A stretch of DNA of 64,000 nt from a candidate division FCPU426 bacterium (GTDB lineage Bacteria > Oederibacteriota > Muellerivitia > Muellerivitales > Muellerivitaceae), in contig CAVYSE010000004.1 in the NCBI GenBank assembly GCA_963771075.1, forward strand, positions 12,689-76,688, in the 5' to 3' direction. This document shows, piece after piece, positions 49,397-58,875 of this stretch; the stretch's first letter is position 1; every line of letters starts with the position of its first letter. Below the pieces are notes generated by a model. The model saw only the letters and a list, made by a program, of their open reading frames with translations, was not told the DNA's origin and did not search any database. A program made the translations under genes and the position numbers.

Positions 49397-49671
49397 AAGA
49401 AAGTGGGCCTAACTATACCATGCCCAACGGGAGAGGCAAGGCATGCAAACGGTTTTTTTCTAATGTTTACCGATGTTTCTAACGGCCGCCGCCGTGGAAT
49501 CTGAACCCAATTTTGACCGGGGTCTTGAAATTTTCTTTCACTTTCCTCTTCGGGATAAGGGGGGGTAACCCCGAGGGGGGCATACCCGTCGTTTAACCTT
49601 TAAATTATGCCCTATAATTTGTTCTATTTTTTTATTGCAAAAAGATTCCGAAGCTTTTAATTTTTAAACCC

Positions 49672-49842
49672 ATGGCGACGCGTAAAGGCCCTCACCCGTT
49701 GGAATCAGGCCAGGCGCTGGTGGAATACCTGATCCTGGTCGCGGCCGTTTCCGCGGGTATGCTGGGGGTGTCTTTTTTGTTCTCGCACCAGGTCCAGCGA
49801 TATCTAAGCTATGTCTACGACCTTTTATCGAAGCCATTTTGA
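49672..49842 (+). CDS. Flp-like prepilin (56 aa, absent from the ORF track)
   Basis: Manual translation MATRKGPHPLESG|QALVEYLILVAAVSAGMLGVSFLF...; G|QxxxEY prepilin motif. Confidence 0.75.
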   Translation: MATRKGPHPLESGQALVEYLILVAAVSAGMLGVSFLFSHQVQRYLSYVYDLLSKPF

Positions 49843-49865
49843 ACATTTAACCGGGAGGTATGGAA

Positions 49866-50081
49866 ATGAGGAATTTAAGGAAAAACCAATCAGGGCAGGG
49901 AATGACCGAATATATCCTGATCATCGCCTTGATCGCCGTTGCGGTTATCGCCGCCGTCAAGATTTTCGGGGGCTCGCTGACGAGCGGTTTTAACAACGCC
50001 TCCGGGGCCATCGGCACCGCGACCGGAACCAGTTCCGCCCAAGGCGCCGCCGCAGCCGCAGGGGCCGTTGCAGGCCATTAA
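49866..50081 (+). CDS. flp: Flp type IVb major pilin
   Basis: SG|QGMTEYILIIALIAV; GGAGG RBS. Confidence 0.95.
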   Translation: MRNLRKNQSGQGMTEYILIIALIAVAVIAAVKIFGGSLTSGFNNASGAIGTATGTSSAQGAAAAAGAVAGH

Positions 50082-50086
50082 GAAAA

Positions 50087-50641
50087 GTGGCCAGCCCCGT
50101 TTCTCATCGGGGACAATCGCTTTCGGAGTTTTCACTAATTGTTCCCGTTTTATTTTTGCTCTTCTTCGCCTTAATCCAGGTGACTTATACAGCTTTTGCG
50201 GCCTTTTCAGTTCAGAGAGCCGCTTTTGCCATTGCACGCGAAGCAGCCGCTTCGAGCGATCCCAATTCTTATAATCCCTATTTTCAATTGGCTTATTGCC
50301 TCTCACCCTTAAGCCAAATCAGCCCGACCACAATGGCAACCGTTTTATCAACACGATGTGGCATTACTTACAACAGCGACACGGACGATTACGTCCAGGT
50401 TAGCGTGACCTATCCAATGCCCATCTGGATTCCTTTGGCCGGGAAAATATTCGGCCAGCCTTTTCAAGTATCATCAGCCCTTCGTTCCCCAATGGAAAGT
50501 ACATTGGAATTTGTTTTCGAATCCCTGGGTAAACCCAAACCCGACTTCTCGTTCAAACAGTTTTCTTTCCCCCATGTGCAAATGCTCACCTTCAAAGCCG
50601 AAGCTTTATGCGAAAATTCCGTCGGATACCAAAAGGAATAA
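50087..50641 (+). CDS. tadE: TadE-like pseudopilin
   Basis: RG|QSLSEFSLIVPVLF...AFAIAREAA; VQVSVTYPMP. Confidence 0.8.
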   Translation: MASPVSHRGQSLSEFSLIVPVLFLLFFALIQVTYTAFAAFSVQRAAFAIAREAAASSDPNSYNPYFQLAYCLSPLSQISPTTMATVLSTRCGITYNSDTDDYVQVSVTYPMPIWIPLAGKIFGQPFQVSSALRSPMESTLEFVFESLGKPKPDFSFKQFSFPHVQMLTFKAEALCENSVGYQKE

Positions 50642-50642
50642 T

Positions 50643-51872
50643 GTGCGACGTTTACAACGTTGGTCCACCACTCCCACCGGTCAGGTTTTGGTCGCAACCG
50701 TGTTTTTTTGCTTTATTTTCGCAGCTCTATTTATCGGGGTTTATAAATCGGGACTTCTGTATAACTCCAAGGGACGGGCAGTCCGAGCCACCGATTTGAC
50801 CAGTCTTTCAGGCGGGGCCGTTTATGCCAATGGAATGCAATTGGTCCGGTTGACCAATGTCCTCTTGACGGGTTTTCTTGCAATCGATCTTTTAATTTTA
50901 CTTGGTTCCATGGAGTTGACCGGAGGTTTGGCCAATTTCGTCTTACCCAAAATGCCTTTAACAAAGTTCGCGCAAACGGTTCAAAAAATACTTTTCGGAG
51001 TCGGTCTTCCAACCGGGGCCTATCCCTTCATGATCTTCATGGAAGCCAATCAATGTTCCAGAGATAACCAACTTACGAATAATTGGCCGGGTTTGACTTC
51101 CTGGGCCGTTCCAATTCCTCCCTCTCCTATCTTCCTATTTAACTTTGAAGGCTCCCTCACCCAAGCGTTTATTCCCAATATGGCCCTGAAATTCAGAACC
51201 CTTGATTATTTTGTTTTCAAATTACCCAAGGATGAGAAACCATCCCGGTATTACTACCGTGAAAAAAAAACCGGGATAATCCACTACTACAATGCCGATG
51301 AAGTGGTAGATGCGCGCAATCCAAGATACCCGGACCAAAAAAAAGTGAAAGTGGGCAATCGCTGGAAATGGGTCGGGTTAGAGGAAGAAGGTGAAAAAGC
51401 GGCTCAAGCCAATGAATTAACCATGGGTAAAGAAACGCAACAAGCTCTCCAAAAGGGTGAAAAAACCTTGGGGGCGGAGGCCAATAAAGAAGAAAAAGGG
51501 GTTTTTCAAGAATTTAAGGATAAAATCCCGTTTTTCGAGATGTTTAAACAAATCCCCATTGATGTTACCGACCGGGATGACCCTCCCGATCATACTTTCT
51601 TAGTCTATTCTTCCTTTCCTGGCACATCCACCGGTTTACTCGGTACCACCAACTCATTGCAATGTGTCAGCGAAACATCGGTGGAAGGGTCGGGGTTGGA
51701 CGCAACCAAGATTAACGACCCTCCCTACAGCGCCAAATTAAAACCCGCCGATACCTCCACGATAGCCAAATTTCTCAATGTTCAGACGATGGTAACTAAT
51801 TTGGCCAAAACGAACCAGCTGCCCAGTATCAACGATATGTTCAGCCTTTCCGGAATGGGGTCGTCCAAATGA
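50643..51872 (+). CDS. TadG-like pilus accessory protein
   Basis: TG|QVLV followed by a TM segment, then ATDLTSLSGG; GTG start inferred. Confidence 0.65.
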   Translation: MRRLQRWSTTPTGQVLVATVFFCFIFAALFIGVYKSGLLYNSKGRAVRATDLTSLSGGAVYANGMQLVRLTNVLLTGFLAIDLLILLGSMELTGGLANFVLPKMPLTKFAQTVQKILFGVGLPTGAYPFMIFMEANQCSRDNQLTNNWPGLTSWAVPIPPSPIFLFNFEGSLTQAFIPNMALKFRTLDYFVFKLPKDEKPSRYYYREKKTGIIHYYNADEVVDARNPRYPDQKKVKVGNRWKWVGLEEEGEKAAQANELTMGKETQQALQKGEKTLGAEANKEEKGVFQEFKDKIPFFEMFKQIPIDVTDRDDPPDHTFLVYSSFPGTSTGLLGTTNSLQCVSETSVEGSGLDATKINDPPYSAKLKPADTSTIAKFLNVQTMVTNLAKTNQLPSINDMFSLSGMGSSK

Positions 51873-52348
51873 CTAACCCCATATCCCAAATGGCCCAAGC
51901 CTTAACCGAAATGATTCTCGTGATTCCCATGCTTTGCCTGATGGGGGCTGGGCTTATTCAATTCACGCAAATATTTCTGGCCAAAAACGCATTCGATCAG
52001 GCTTGCGGACTCGCGGCCAGGGACTATGCCGCCAGCGAGATTGACGATACCCAATTTATTCAGGACGCCTGGGAAAATCTAGGCGAGGATCAACGCTACT
52101 TTATTCCCGGTTCCCTTCAAACCGAAAGCTTTACCGCGAACCCCTCCTTCATTGATCTCCTGACTAAAAACTTCAGCGTCCTTGGACCGGTCTTCTCGAA
52201 ATTGAAATCCGTAGTATCTAATTATTCCGGAAAGAATTGGCGAGTTTCCATTCAATTCAAGGGACCACCCTTTTTTGGGGTCTTATTCCCCGGCGGTTTA
52301 ACCTTTCAAACTCAATTGGCCGTTTTGAAATATCCGGAGGTGCCCTAA
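51869..52348 (+). CDS. TadE/TadF-like pseudopilin
   Basis: A|QALTEMILVIP...ACGLAAR. Confidence 0.8.
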   Translation: MTNPISQMAQALTEMILVIPMLCLMGAGLIQFTQIFLAKNAFDQACGLAARDYAASEIDDTQFIQDAWENLGEDQRYFIPGSLQTESFTANPSFIDLLTKNFSVLGPVFSKLKSVVSNYSGKNWRVSIQFKGPPFFGVLFPGGLTFQTQLAVLKYPEVP

Positions 52349-52350
52349 CC

Positions 52351-53088
52351 ATGAAAAACAAATGGTTTTGGGGGACCTTGTTGTTTTGGGCCATATTTTC
52401 TATTGCCATCATGGGCCGTGCCTTAATATTTTCCACTTTGCGGTTTGATCCAAAAATCATCAGCCAGTACGAAATTAAAACGAATGGCCTGACCCAATCC
52501 CATCGACTTTGGATGAATGAAGGCGATTTGGTGGATTTACTTCCCCTCATCAACGACCGCTTGCGCCGGGAAGGCTGGAACTCCTGCGCGGGAGGAATCG
52601 ACATGGTTCCCGACTTTCTTCAACTGGATGGCCTGGTTCCGGACATTTCCGAAAAACTTCAGATCAAAATGTTTCAAAAACCGGGATTTCACCTTGCCAT
52701 GGGACTTCTTCAACCTTCGGGAGAGTCCCTAACTTACGGCTGGGAGGGGATCTTACCCGATCGAATTCTTTCTTTAGATCAAGAACTCAAAGCTTGGAAT
52801 TTCCATTTTCCTGTGCCACCCGACGCTTCTCACTTAATTAACGAAAAACTGGCTAATCTTCAGATCGGCATGGTTATCCTCCCCCACCAACAAGGTTTGA
52901 CCCGCCGGTTTCTCAATCTCTGTCAGCAAGGCAACTGGGAAGCTTCGGAATGGAATAGCGGGACAGAATACCCAACTTTCTTTCTCACTCGAAAAGGTGA
53001 AAAACTCATGGCTGTTTTAAATCAACAAACTTCGCAAGATGTCATCACACTTCTTAACTTCATAAATCGAAAGGCCTTTTATGAATAA
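52351..53088 (+). CDS. Hypothetical membrane-anchored protein in the tad operon
   Basis: GGAGG RBS, N-terminal TM segment, tightly coupled to its neighbours. Confidence 0.7.
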   Translation: MKNKWFWGTLLFWAIFSIAIMGRALIFSTLRFDPKIISQYEIKTNGLTQSHRLWMNEGDLVDLLPLINDRLRREGWNSCAGGIDMVPDFLQLDGLVPDISEKLQIKMFQKPGFHLAMGLLQPSGESLTYGWEGILPDRILSLDQELKAWNFHFPVPPDASHLINEKLANLQIGMVILPHQQGLTRRFLNLCQQGNWEASEWNSGTEYPTFFLTRKGEKLMAVLNQQTSQDVITLLNFINRKAFYE

Positions 53089-53839
53089 ACGAATAGTTAT
53101 ACCCATGGGGTTAGGCATTCTATTCAGCCTGATCGCTTTTGCGTTTCTCTATCAGAAAGCATCTGATCTTGAGAAAAAAACCACCCTGGTTCCCGTATTG
53201 TTTTCTAAAACTTATATTTATCCAGGACAATTTTTATCCGCCAATTTAGTCGAAGCCAAATCAATCCCAGGAGAATATGTCAGCCCCAGTGCCATCATGG
53301 ATATCAAGGATGTACAAGGAGAAGCCGCGCTGGCACCCATTTCCGCCGGAGAACAAATTCTTTCAAACAAATTCGCTCCGCCAGATGCGTCCCTAGCTTG
53401 GTCCCTCAAATCCGGCCAAAGGGCCTTTACCCTGGAAGTCAACGAAGCCAGTGGGGTCGGAAACATGATACGTCCGGGAAATCATGTGGATATTCTGGTA
53501 AAACTAGCTTCCGGAAATCGAATCGTTACTTCCTTTGTTTTTCAAGATCTATACGTTTTGGCCACAGGCCAAAGGATCACCAAATCCAAGAACCTTTCAG
53601 ATTCTTCAGCCGATAACGCCACCAATTACAACACGGTCACCTTAGCCTTGACAGCCGATCAAGCCGAAACATTGATGTACCTGGAGGGTCAAAATTTAAA
53701 ACTAGTCCTCAGGTCAAACAATGATGATGAAACAGTAGATCTTCCTCCCATAACCGATACTGAGGCGTTGGCGAAAATCGGGCACTTTCAACACAAGGAA
53801 GGTCGGTCGCTGCAAGTTATACAAGGAGAATCAAGGTAG
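53081..53839 (+). CDS. cpaB: Flp pilus assembly protein CpaB/RcpC
   Basis: SAF domain, GQRAFTLEV, GVGNMIRPGNHVDI, VLATGQ and TVTLALT. Confidence 0.93.
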   Translation: MNKRIVIPMGLGILFSLIAFAFLYQKASDLEKKTTLVPVLFSKTYIYPGQFLSANLVEAKSIPGEYVSPSAIMDIKDVQGEAALAPISAGEQILSNKFAPPDASLAWSLKSGQRAFTLEVNEASGVGNMIRPGNHVDILVKLASGNRIVTSFVFQDLYVLATGQRITKSKNLSDSSADNATNYNTVTLALTADQAETLMYLEGQNLKLVLRSNNDDETVDLPPITDTEALAKIGHFQHKEGRSLQVIQGESR

Positions 53840-53867
53840 GTTTAAATCATTTTCGATGGAGGCCTTT

Positions 53868-54878
53868 ATGAATTTCCGACTTCAATTTTTATTCGCGTTA
53901 GTCCTGATCATGTCTGGAATCGCTTGGGGAGAAAATCAGGATATTCATCTCACCGTGGGAGAATCAAAACTACTTCACTTGGATTCCGCTCAAAAAATTG
54001 CCATTGCCAATCCATCGGTCGCCAGTGTCACTCCTGTGAGTGATGATGAAATCTTAATATCAGCGAAATCGCCTGGAAGTACAAACCTGGTTCTCATTTC
54101 TCCCGATGGCAGCAAGGAAACACGGCAAATTTTCGTGGCCAGTCACAATCTCAAGAAAGCCATGGTTGAAATAAACGTGGAAGTAATGGAAATTGACTAT
54201 CAAAGCTCCCTGATGGCAGGTTTAAGCTGGGGATCCGTCACCTCTCAAGGCGGAGGTGGTACATCTGGGTCATCCACTATCCCCAATAATTTAACTCTGA
54301 ATGAAGGAACCCCACCTTCCGTCTTTAATTTCGGAACAGTAACCAGGGACGCTTTGACAGCCAGCCTCCAATTGTTGGTAAACCGGGGAAAAGCCAAGGT
54401 TCTGGCTAAGCCTAAACTTCTGGCAGTTAGTGGCTCAGAAGCCAGTTTCTTATCGGGTGGCGAGGTTCCCTGTACTGTGGACACAAAGTTGGGTTCAGTG
54501 GATGTGCAATGGAAGCCTTATGGCGTTAAATTGAACGTTCGGCCTGAAATCGACGCGGAAGGTAACATCACCTCTTCCCTGAGGGCCGAAGTCAGCAGCA
54601 TTGACACGCAAAACGGATTGTCGATTAACAATACGGTCATACCAGCCCTCAAAACCAGATGGGCCGAAACGACAGTCTATATGAAGAGTGGAAGCACTAT
54701 GGTGATTGCAGGTCTTATCTCCGAGCAAAACCAAAAGCTCACTTCGGGAATCCCGCTGTTAAGTGATATCCCCTTGTTGGGAGAGCTATTCCGATCGACC
54801 AATGATCAAATGTCCCAATCCGAGCTCGTCATTTTCGTAACGCCCACACTCTTCGGACAAACCGAATCCTCTACCTGA
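53868..54878 (+). CDS. cpaC: Tad secretin CpaC/RcpA
   Basis: IAIANPSVA, LAKPKLLAVSGSEASFLSGGEVP, GIPLLSDIPLLGELFRS and ELVIFVTP. Confidence 0.92.
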   Translation: MNFRLQFLFALVLIMSGIAWGENQDIHLTVGESKLLHLDSAQKIAIANPSVASVTPVSDDEILISAKSPGSTNLVLISPDGSKETRQIFVASHNLKKAMVEINVEVMEIDYQSSLMAGLSWGSVTSQGGGGTSGSSTIPNNLTLNEGTPPSVFNFGTVTRDALTASLQLLVNRGKAKVLAKPKLLAVSGSEASFLSGGEVPCTVDTKLGSVDVQWKPYGVKLNVRPEIDAEGNITSSLRAEVSSIDTQNGLSINNTVIPALKTRWAETTVYMKSGSTMVIAGLISEQNQKLTSGIPLLSDIPLLGELFRSTNDQMSQSELVIFVTPTLFGQTESST

Positions 54879-54879
54879 C

Positions 54880-55344
54880 CTAATCCACCGGCGTGGGAGC
54901 TTCCTTCAGCCCTTCCACCACATCCCCGGCCTTCAGGCCGTTCTGGTCGAACCAGCTCTTGTTCATTTCCAGAGCGTACTTGGCCGGCCCGGCGGAGGGG
55001 AAGGTATCCTCCGTATAGGGGGGCATCTCCAGGATATTCTCGATCTTCCCCTGGTCGTCCATGAAGGCGATGCTCAAGGGGATTTGCGTATTCTTCATCC
55101 AAAAATACCTTTGGGTGTCATCGGAAAACACGAACAACATGCCATGGTCCCGGGGCATGCTGGCGCGGAACATCAGCCCCGCCATGCGGGTGGCTTCCTT
55201 GTTCGCCACCTCGACTTCGATGGTCTTTTGGCGCAGGGTCAACTTGGCGACCGGCAGGTCGGACTTGATCTCCTGCTTGCAACCGGCCAGGTCCACCACC
55301 AGTAGTACGGCGAACATAAACCAAACGCGGGTGTTTCGCCCCAT
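54880..55344 (-). CDS. DUF192 family lipoprotein
   Basis: LAGC lipobox, GLMFR, GMLFVF, FWMKNT and YALEM. Confidence 0.93.
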   Translation of the reverse strand: MGRNTRVWFMFAVLLVVDLAGCKQEIKSDLPVAKLTLRQKTIEVEVANKEATRMAGLMFRASMPRDHGMLFVFSDDTQRYFWMKNTQIPLSIAFMDDQGKIENILEMPPYTEDTFPSAGPAKYALEMNKSWFDQNGLKAGDVVEGLKEAPTPVD

Positions 55345-55380
55345 TACGAAAGCCCCTTTCGAACCGAAAATTGATTTAAA

Positions 55381-55410
55381 TTGACGCTTTTTGAAGCCTT
55401 GTCGTAAAAT
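55381..55410 (+). promoter_or_regulatory. Sigma70 promoter, probably giving a leaderless mRNA
   Basis: TTGACG-N18-TAAAAT, 6 nt before the ATG at 55417, with no SD sequence. Confidence 0.6.
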
Positions 55411-55416
55411 TAACAC

Positions 55417-56397
55417 ATGAGAAAAACACTTGGTTTTTTCCTCGTTCTCACCTTAGCACAAAGCCTTTCGCCCTTCCATGCCACAGCCGCTGGTCCGACC
55501 GAAGCCCAGCTCAAGACCGCCTACAATTACGCCGATAAGCTTTACGCCGCCCACCGTTTCCAGGACGCCCGCGACATCTTCAAGAAGATCGCCATGGCCA
55601 GCACCGACCCCAACCTGGACGCCAACGCCTTCTATTATTACGCCCAGTGCGCCTTTCACACCGAGGATTACGACGCCTGCGTCAAGGCCTTGGATATCCT
55701 GGTGCAGAAATACCCCAACTCCACCCCCGTTTCCGGCGGGTATGTTTTTAAGTTCTGCTATTTCCTCATCAACCAGGTCGTCCACATCCAATCCAAATGG
55801 GACTATTTCCGTTATCCCGAGGGCAAGGATGACAAGGGCGAGGTGGTCTGGAAAGAAAGTGTTCCCCCCGGCTACAAGATCAAGCGCATCAATTTCCGCC
55901 TGGGCTTTGGCCTCTACCGCGTCCTCAACCGGGTCTACTCAACTGCGCCCCAAACCGCAAAATGCAAGGCGGCCTTGGAAGCCATGCTCAAGACGCCCCT
56001 GACCATCAAGTGGGTGGATGAGAAGGCCCCGCCCGACCAATGGTTCCACCCCACCGATTTCATTTCCCTTTTTTCCATCACGGAGAAAAAGGCCTTTTCC
56101 AAGTTCATTTGCGACCGCATGTTCTACAACTGGAAGACCGAGAAACTGTACCTGTTCCTCGAGATGCACGACGACATCCGCAACCTGAAACCCCGTTTCA
56201 TTGCCATGACCAAAAACCTCGCCGATCCCGACGACGCCCCGCAGGTCGCTTCCGCCAACGGCGGGACTGCCTCGGATTACCAGGACCCCTACTACACCCT
56301 GACCCTGGAAAAGCTCTTCAACGCCACCGGTTATAACCCCTACGAGGACAGCTTCAAGAGCGTTATCGAATCCAGCCCCTCCGATCTGACGCTCTAA
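55417..56397 (+). CDS. Secreted TPR-containing protein
   Basis: Signal peptide; TPR-like YNYADKLY...AFYYYAQCAF...LVQKYPNS. Confidence 0.75.
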   Translation: MRKTLGFFLVLTLAQSLSPFHATAAGPTEAQLKTAYNYADKLYAAHRFQDARDIFKKIAMASTDPNLDANAFYYYAQCAFHTEDYDACVKALDILVQKYPNSTPVSGGYVFKFCYFLINQVVHIQSKWDYFRYPEGKDDKGEVVWKESVPPGYKIKRINFRLGFGLYRVLNRVYSTAPQTAKCKAALEAMLKTPLTIKWVDEKAPPDQWFHPTDFISLFSITEKKAFSKFICDRMFYNWKTEKLYLFLEMHDDIRNLKPRFIAMTKNLADPDDAPQVASANGGTASDYQDPYYTLTLEKLFNATGYNPYEDSFKSVIESSPSDLTL

Positions 56398-56400
56398 ACC

Positions 56401-56814
56401 ATGTTCCCCTTTAAGTCTTTCTCCCTTTGGTTCTTTTTGGTTTCTCTTTCGGTTTGTTCCACTCCCCTGTGCGCTAACTCGTCGAAGGACGAGGCCTCCG
56501 CGGACACGAACAGTTCTTCCGGGCCCTCGACCGCGGCAAGTTCGGATTCAATCCAACCCGATATTCCCCAAATCCAGCCCAAGGGCCAATCCTACACAAA
56601 GGCCCTGGTCATCCATAAACACATGCCCGACCCCGCTTGGGGAAAGATGCTCCAATACAAGAGCGATAACTCGGTGGATCCAAACACCAAGATGAAGGAA
56701 ACGGTCTATAGTTTCGTGTTTCAAGATGAGAAGGGTATTATCCGCGTCGCCAACTATCACGAGCACGAGGATGGCGAGGGTTATTGGGAAGTCTTTATAT
56801 GGGACCTGCCGTAA
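56401..56814 (+). CDS. Secreted hypothetical protein
   Basis: Signal peptide and Ser-rich linker. Confidence 0.65.
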   Translation: MFPFKSFSLWFFLVSLSVCSTPLCANSSKDEASADTNSSSGPSTAASSDSIQPDIPQIQPKGQSYTKALVIHKHMPDPAWGKMLQYKSDNSVDPNTKMKETVYSFVFQDEKGIIRVANYHEHEDGEGYWEVFIWDLP

Positions 56815-58841
56815 ATAAAACTTCGTTCATCATCGGATGGGTCGGCGCCAAGGGCGGTAACGGAACTTCCACCCTTTGCTCCCTGGCCGCGCGCCTATGG
56901 GCCCAACAGGCGGGATTACGCCTGGGGATCATCGATGCCCAGCCTCCTTCCTATTCTTCCCTTCCCGGCCTGCTTGGCATACCCCCCGCAACACGTCCTC
57001 TTTCGCAGTTGGCCCCCTATTTCGACCGGCTCACCCCCAAGGTTCTGGATAACGCCTTTCCCCGTTCCCCCGAGGGCGTCTTCTACATCCCGTTAAGGTT
57101 GAACGACGAACCCGGTTTCGACTTGAAAAAAGAAATCCTTTCCCTCCAGGCCATCCGGAGCCATTTCGACGCCCTTTGGATCGACCTTTCCGCCCTTCCA
57201 CCCGACCAGGCCTTGGCCCTGGCGGACGGGATGGACGCCTGCCTTTTGGTTTGCGCGCAAGATCCCTCGTCCCTCGCCGCCCTCGCGGCTTGGGAGAAAA
57301 GGATCCTGGCCCAGCACTTGGACCTGGCCCGTTATCATTTGGTGCTCAACCAGAACCGTCCGGGCTCTTCCATTAACCTGGAGGGCCTGCCCATCCCCCA
57401 AGGTTTTTCACGCATCGGCGCGGCGCCCTACCTTGGCGATAACCTAAGCCTCGCCCTCTGGGAAACCAAGGGCCTGCCGCCCTTGTTGGAAAAGCCCCTC
57501 ACGATCCTAACGGAACTGATCACTGGTTTTCATCGGTCCCTCAACCCGCTCGGGGCTTCTCCCGCGCCGGGAAAAATCGGCGGGGCGGAAGATCCCATCG
57601 AGATGGAAGAAATCCATCATTTCCACATGGGCCTGCTTGAACAACTACGGCGCCAGGGCTTGATGGAGGAAGGAAAGTCCGCCGGGGACCTGCGTGGCCG
57701 ACTGGAGCCGAGGGCCAGGGAAATCCTAAGCCAGCTTTTATCCGAACTTCCCCACCGTTCCCGGGAGACCCGCCAAAAGCTTATGGAGGAAGTTTTAGAC
57801 CTGGCCTTCGGCCTGGGCCCCCTCGAACACCTAATCCAAAATGAGGAGATCACCGAAATCATGGTGAACGGCCCTAACCGGGTCTATGTGGAAAAAAAGG
57901 GCCTTTTGGAGCTTACCGACGCCCGTTTCATGGACGAACTGCAATTGCGCACCGTCATCGAGCGCATTTTGGCGCCCATCGGCCGCCGCATAGACGAGAG
58001 CCAGCCCTACGTGGACGGGAGGCTTTTCGACGGGTCCCGCATCAACGCGGTGATCCCTCCCTTGAGCCTGAACGGGCCGACCCTGACCATCCGAAAGTTC
58101 TCCAAGAAGAAACTGGTCGTGGATGATTTGATCAAGTTCGGCTCCCTCTCCAGGGAAGCCGCAGACTTTTTGGGCGCCTGTGTAAGGGCCCGGAAGAACA
58201 TAGTCGTCTCCGGGGGAACCGGCTCGGGCAAGACCACCCTCTTGAACGTGCTGTCGAATTTCATACCGGAAACCGAGCGCATCGTGACGATAGAGGATTC
58301 GGCGGAATTGAAGCTGTCCCAGGACCACGTGGTCAGGTTGGAGGGCCGCCCCGCAAACCTGGAGGGCAAGGGACAGGTCAGCATCCGTGATCTGGTCATC
58401 AACGCCCTTCGAATGAGGCCGGACCGCATCGTGGTGGGCGAGGTTCGTGGGGCGGAGGCCCTGGATATGCTCCAGGCGATGAACACCGGACATGATGGTT
58501 CCCTCACCACGGGACATGCCAACAGTCCAAGGGATATCCTCTCCCGGCTGGAAACCATGTGCCTCTTCGCCGGACTGGACCTGCCCCTCAAGGCCATCAG
58601 GGAGCAGATCGCCCGGGCGGTGCATCTGGTGGTCCAGCAAAGCCGCCTGCCGGGCGGGAAAAGGTCGGTCACCCACATCACGGCCCTGCAGGGCATGGAG
58701 GGGGATGTGGTCATGCTTCAGGACCTGTTCACCTATACAGAAAGCAAGGGTTTGGAAAGGGGCAACTTCGCCCCCGCCTTCATTGAGGACCTCAACCGCA
58801 TCGGTTACCATTGGCCTGGGCACGGGGGCCAAAAGTCCTGA
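56799..58841 (+). CDS. cpaF: Fused CpaE/TadZ-like domain and CpaF/TadA pilus ATPase
   Basis: N-terminal deviant Walker A GAKGGNGTST; C-terminal GLGPLE, EIMVNG, GGTGSGKTT, IEDSAEL, LRMRPDRIVVGEVRG and MNTGHDGS. Confidence 0.92.
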   Translation: MGPAVNKTSFIIGWVGAKGGNGTSTLCSLAARLWAQQAGLRLGIIDAQPPSYSSLPGLLGIPPATRPLSQLAPYFDRLTPKVLDNAFPRSPEGVFYIPLRLNDEPGFDLKKEILSLQAIRSHFDALWIDLSALPPDQALALADGMDACLLVCAQDPSSLAALAAWEKRILAQHLDLARYHLVLNQNRPGSSINLEGLPIPQGFSRIGAAPYLGDNLSLALWETKGLPPLLEKPLTILTELITGFHRSLNPLGASPAPGKIGGAEDPIEMEEIHHFHMGLLEQLRRQGLMEEGKSAGDLRGRLEPRAREILSQLLSELPHRSRETRQKLMEEVLDLAFGLGPLEHLIQNEEITEIMVNGPNRVYVEKKGLLELTDARFMDELQLRTVIERILAPIGRRIDESQPYVDGRLFDGSRINAVIPPLSLNGPTLTIRKFSKKKLVVDDLIKFGSLSREAADFLGACVRARKNIVVSGGTGSGKTTLLNVLSNFIPETERIVTIEDSAELKLSQDHVVRLEGRPANLEGKGQVSIRDLVINALRMRPDRIVVGEVRGAEALDMLQAMNTGHDGSLTTGHANSPRDILSRLETMCLFAGLDLPLKAIREQIARAVHLVVQQSRLPGGKRSVTHITALQGMEGDVVMLQDLFTYTESKGLERGNFAPAFIEDLNRIGYHWPGHGGQKS

Positions 58842-58875
58842 CAGGTCTGCCTTCAAAAGCGTCCTCGGAGGATTC

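Noticed and set aside
58492..58875. N-terminal extension of the methyltransferase ORF
   Set aside because: It overlaps cpaF out of frame; an RBS and TTG start lie at 58876
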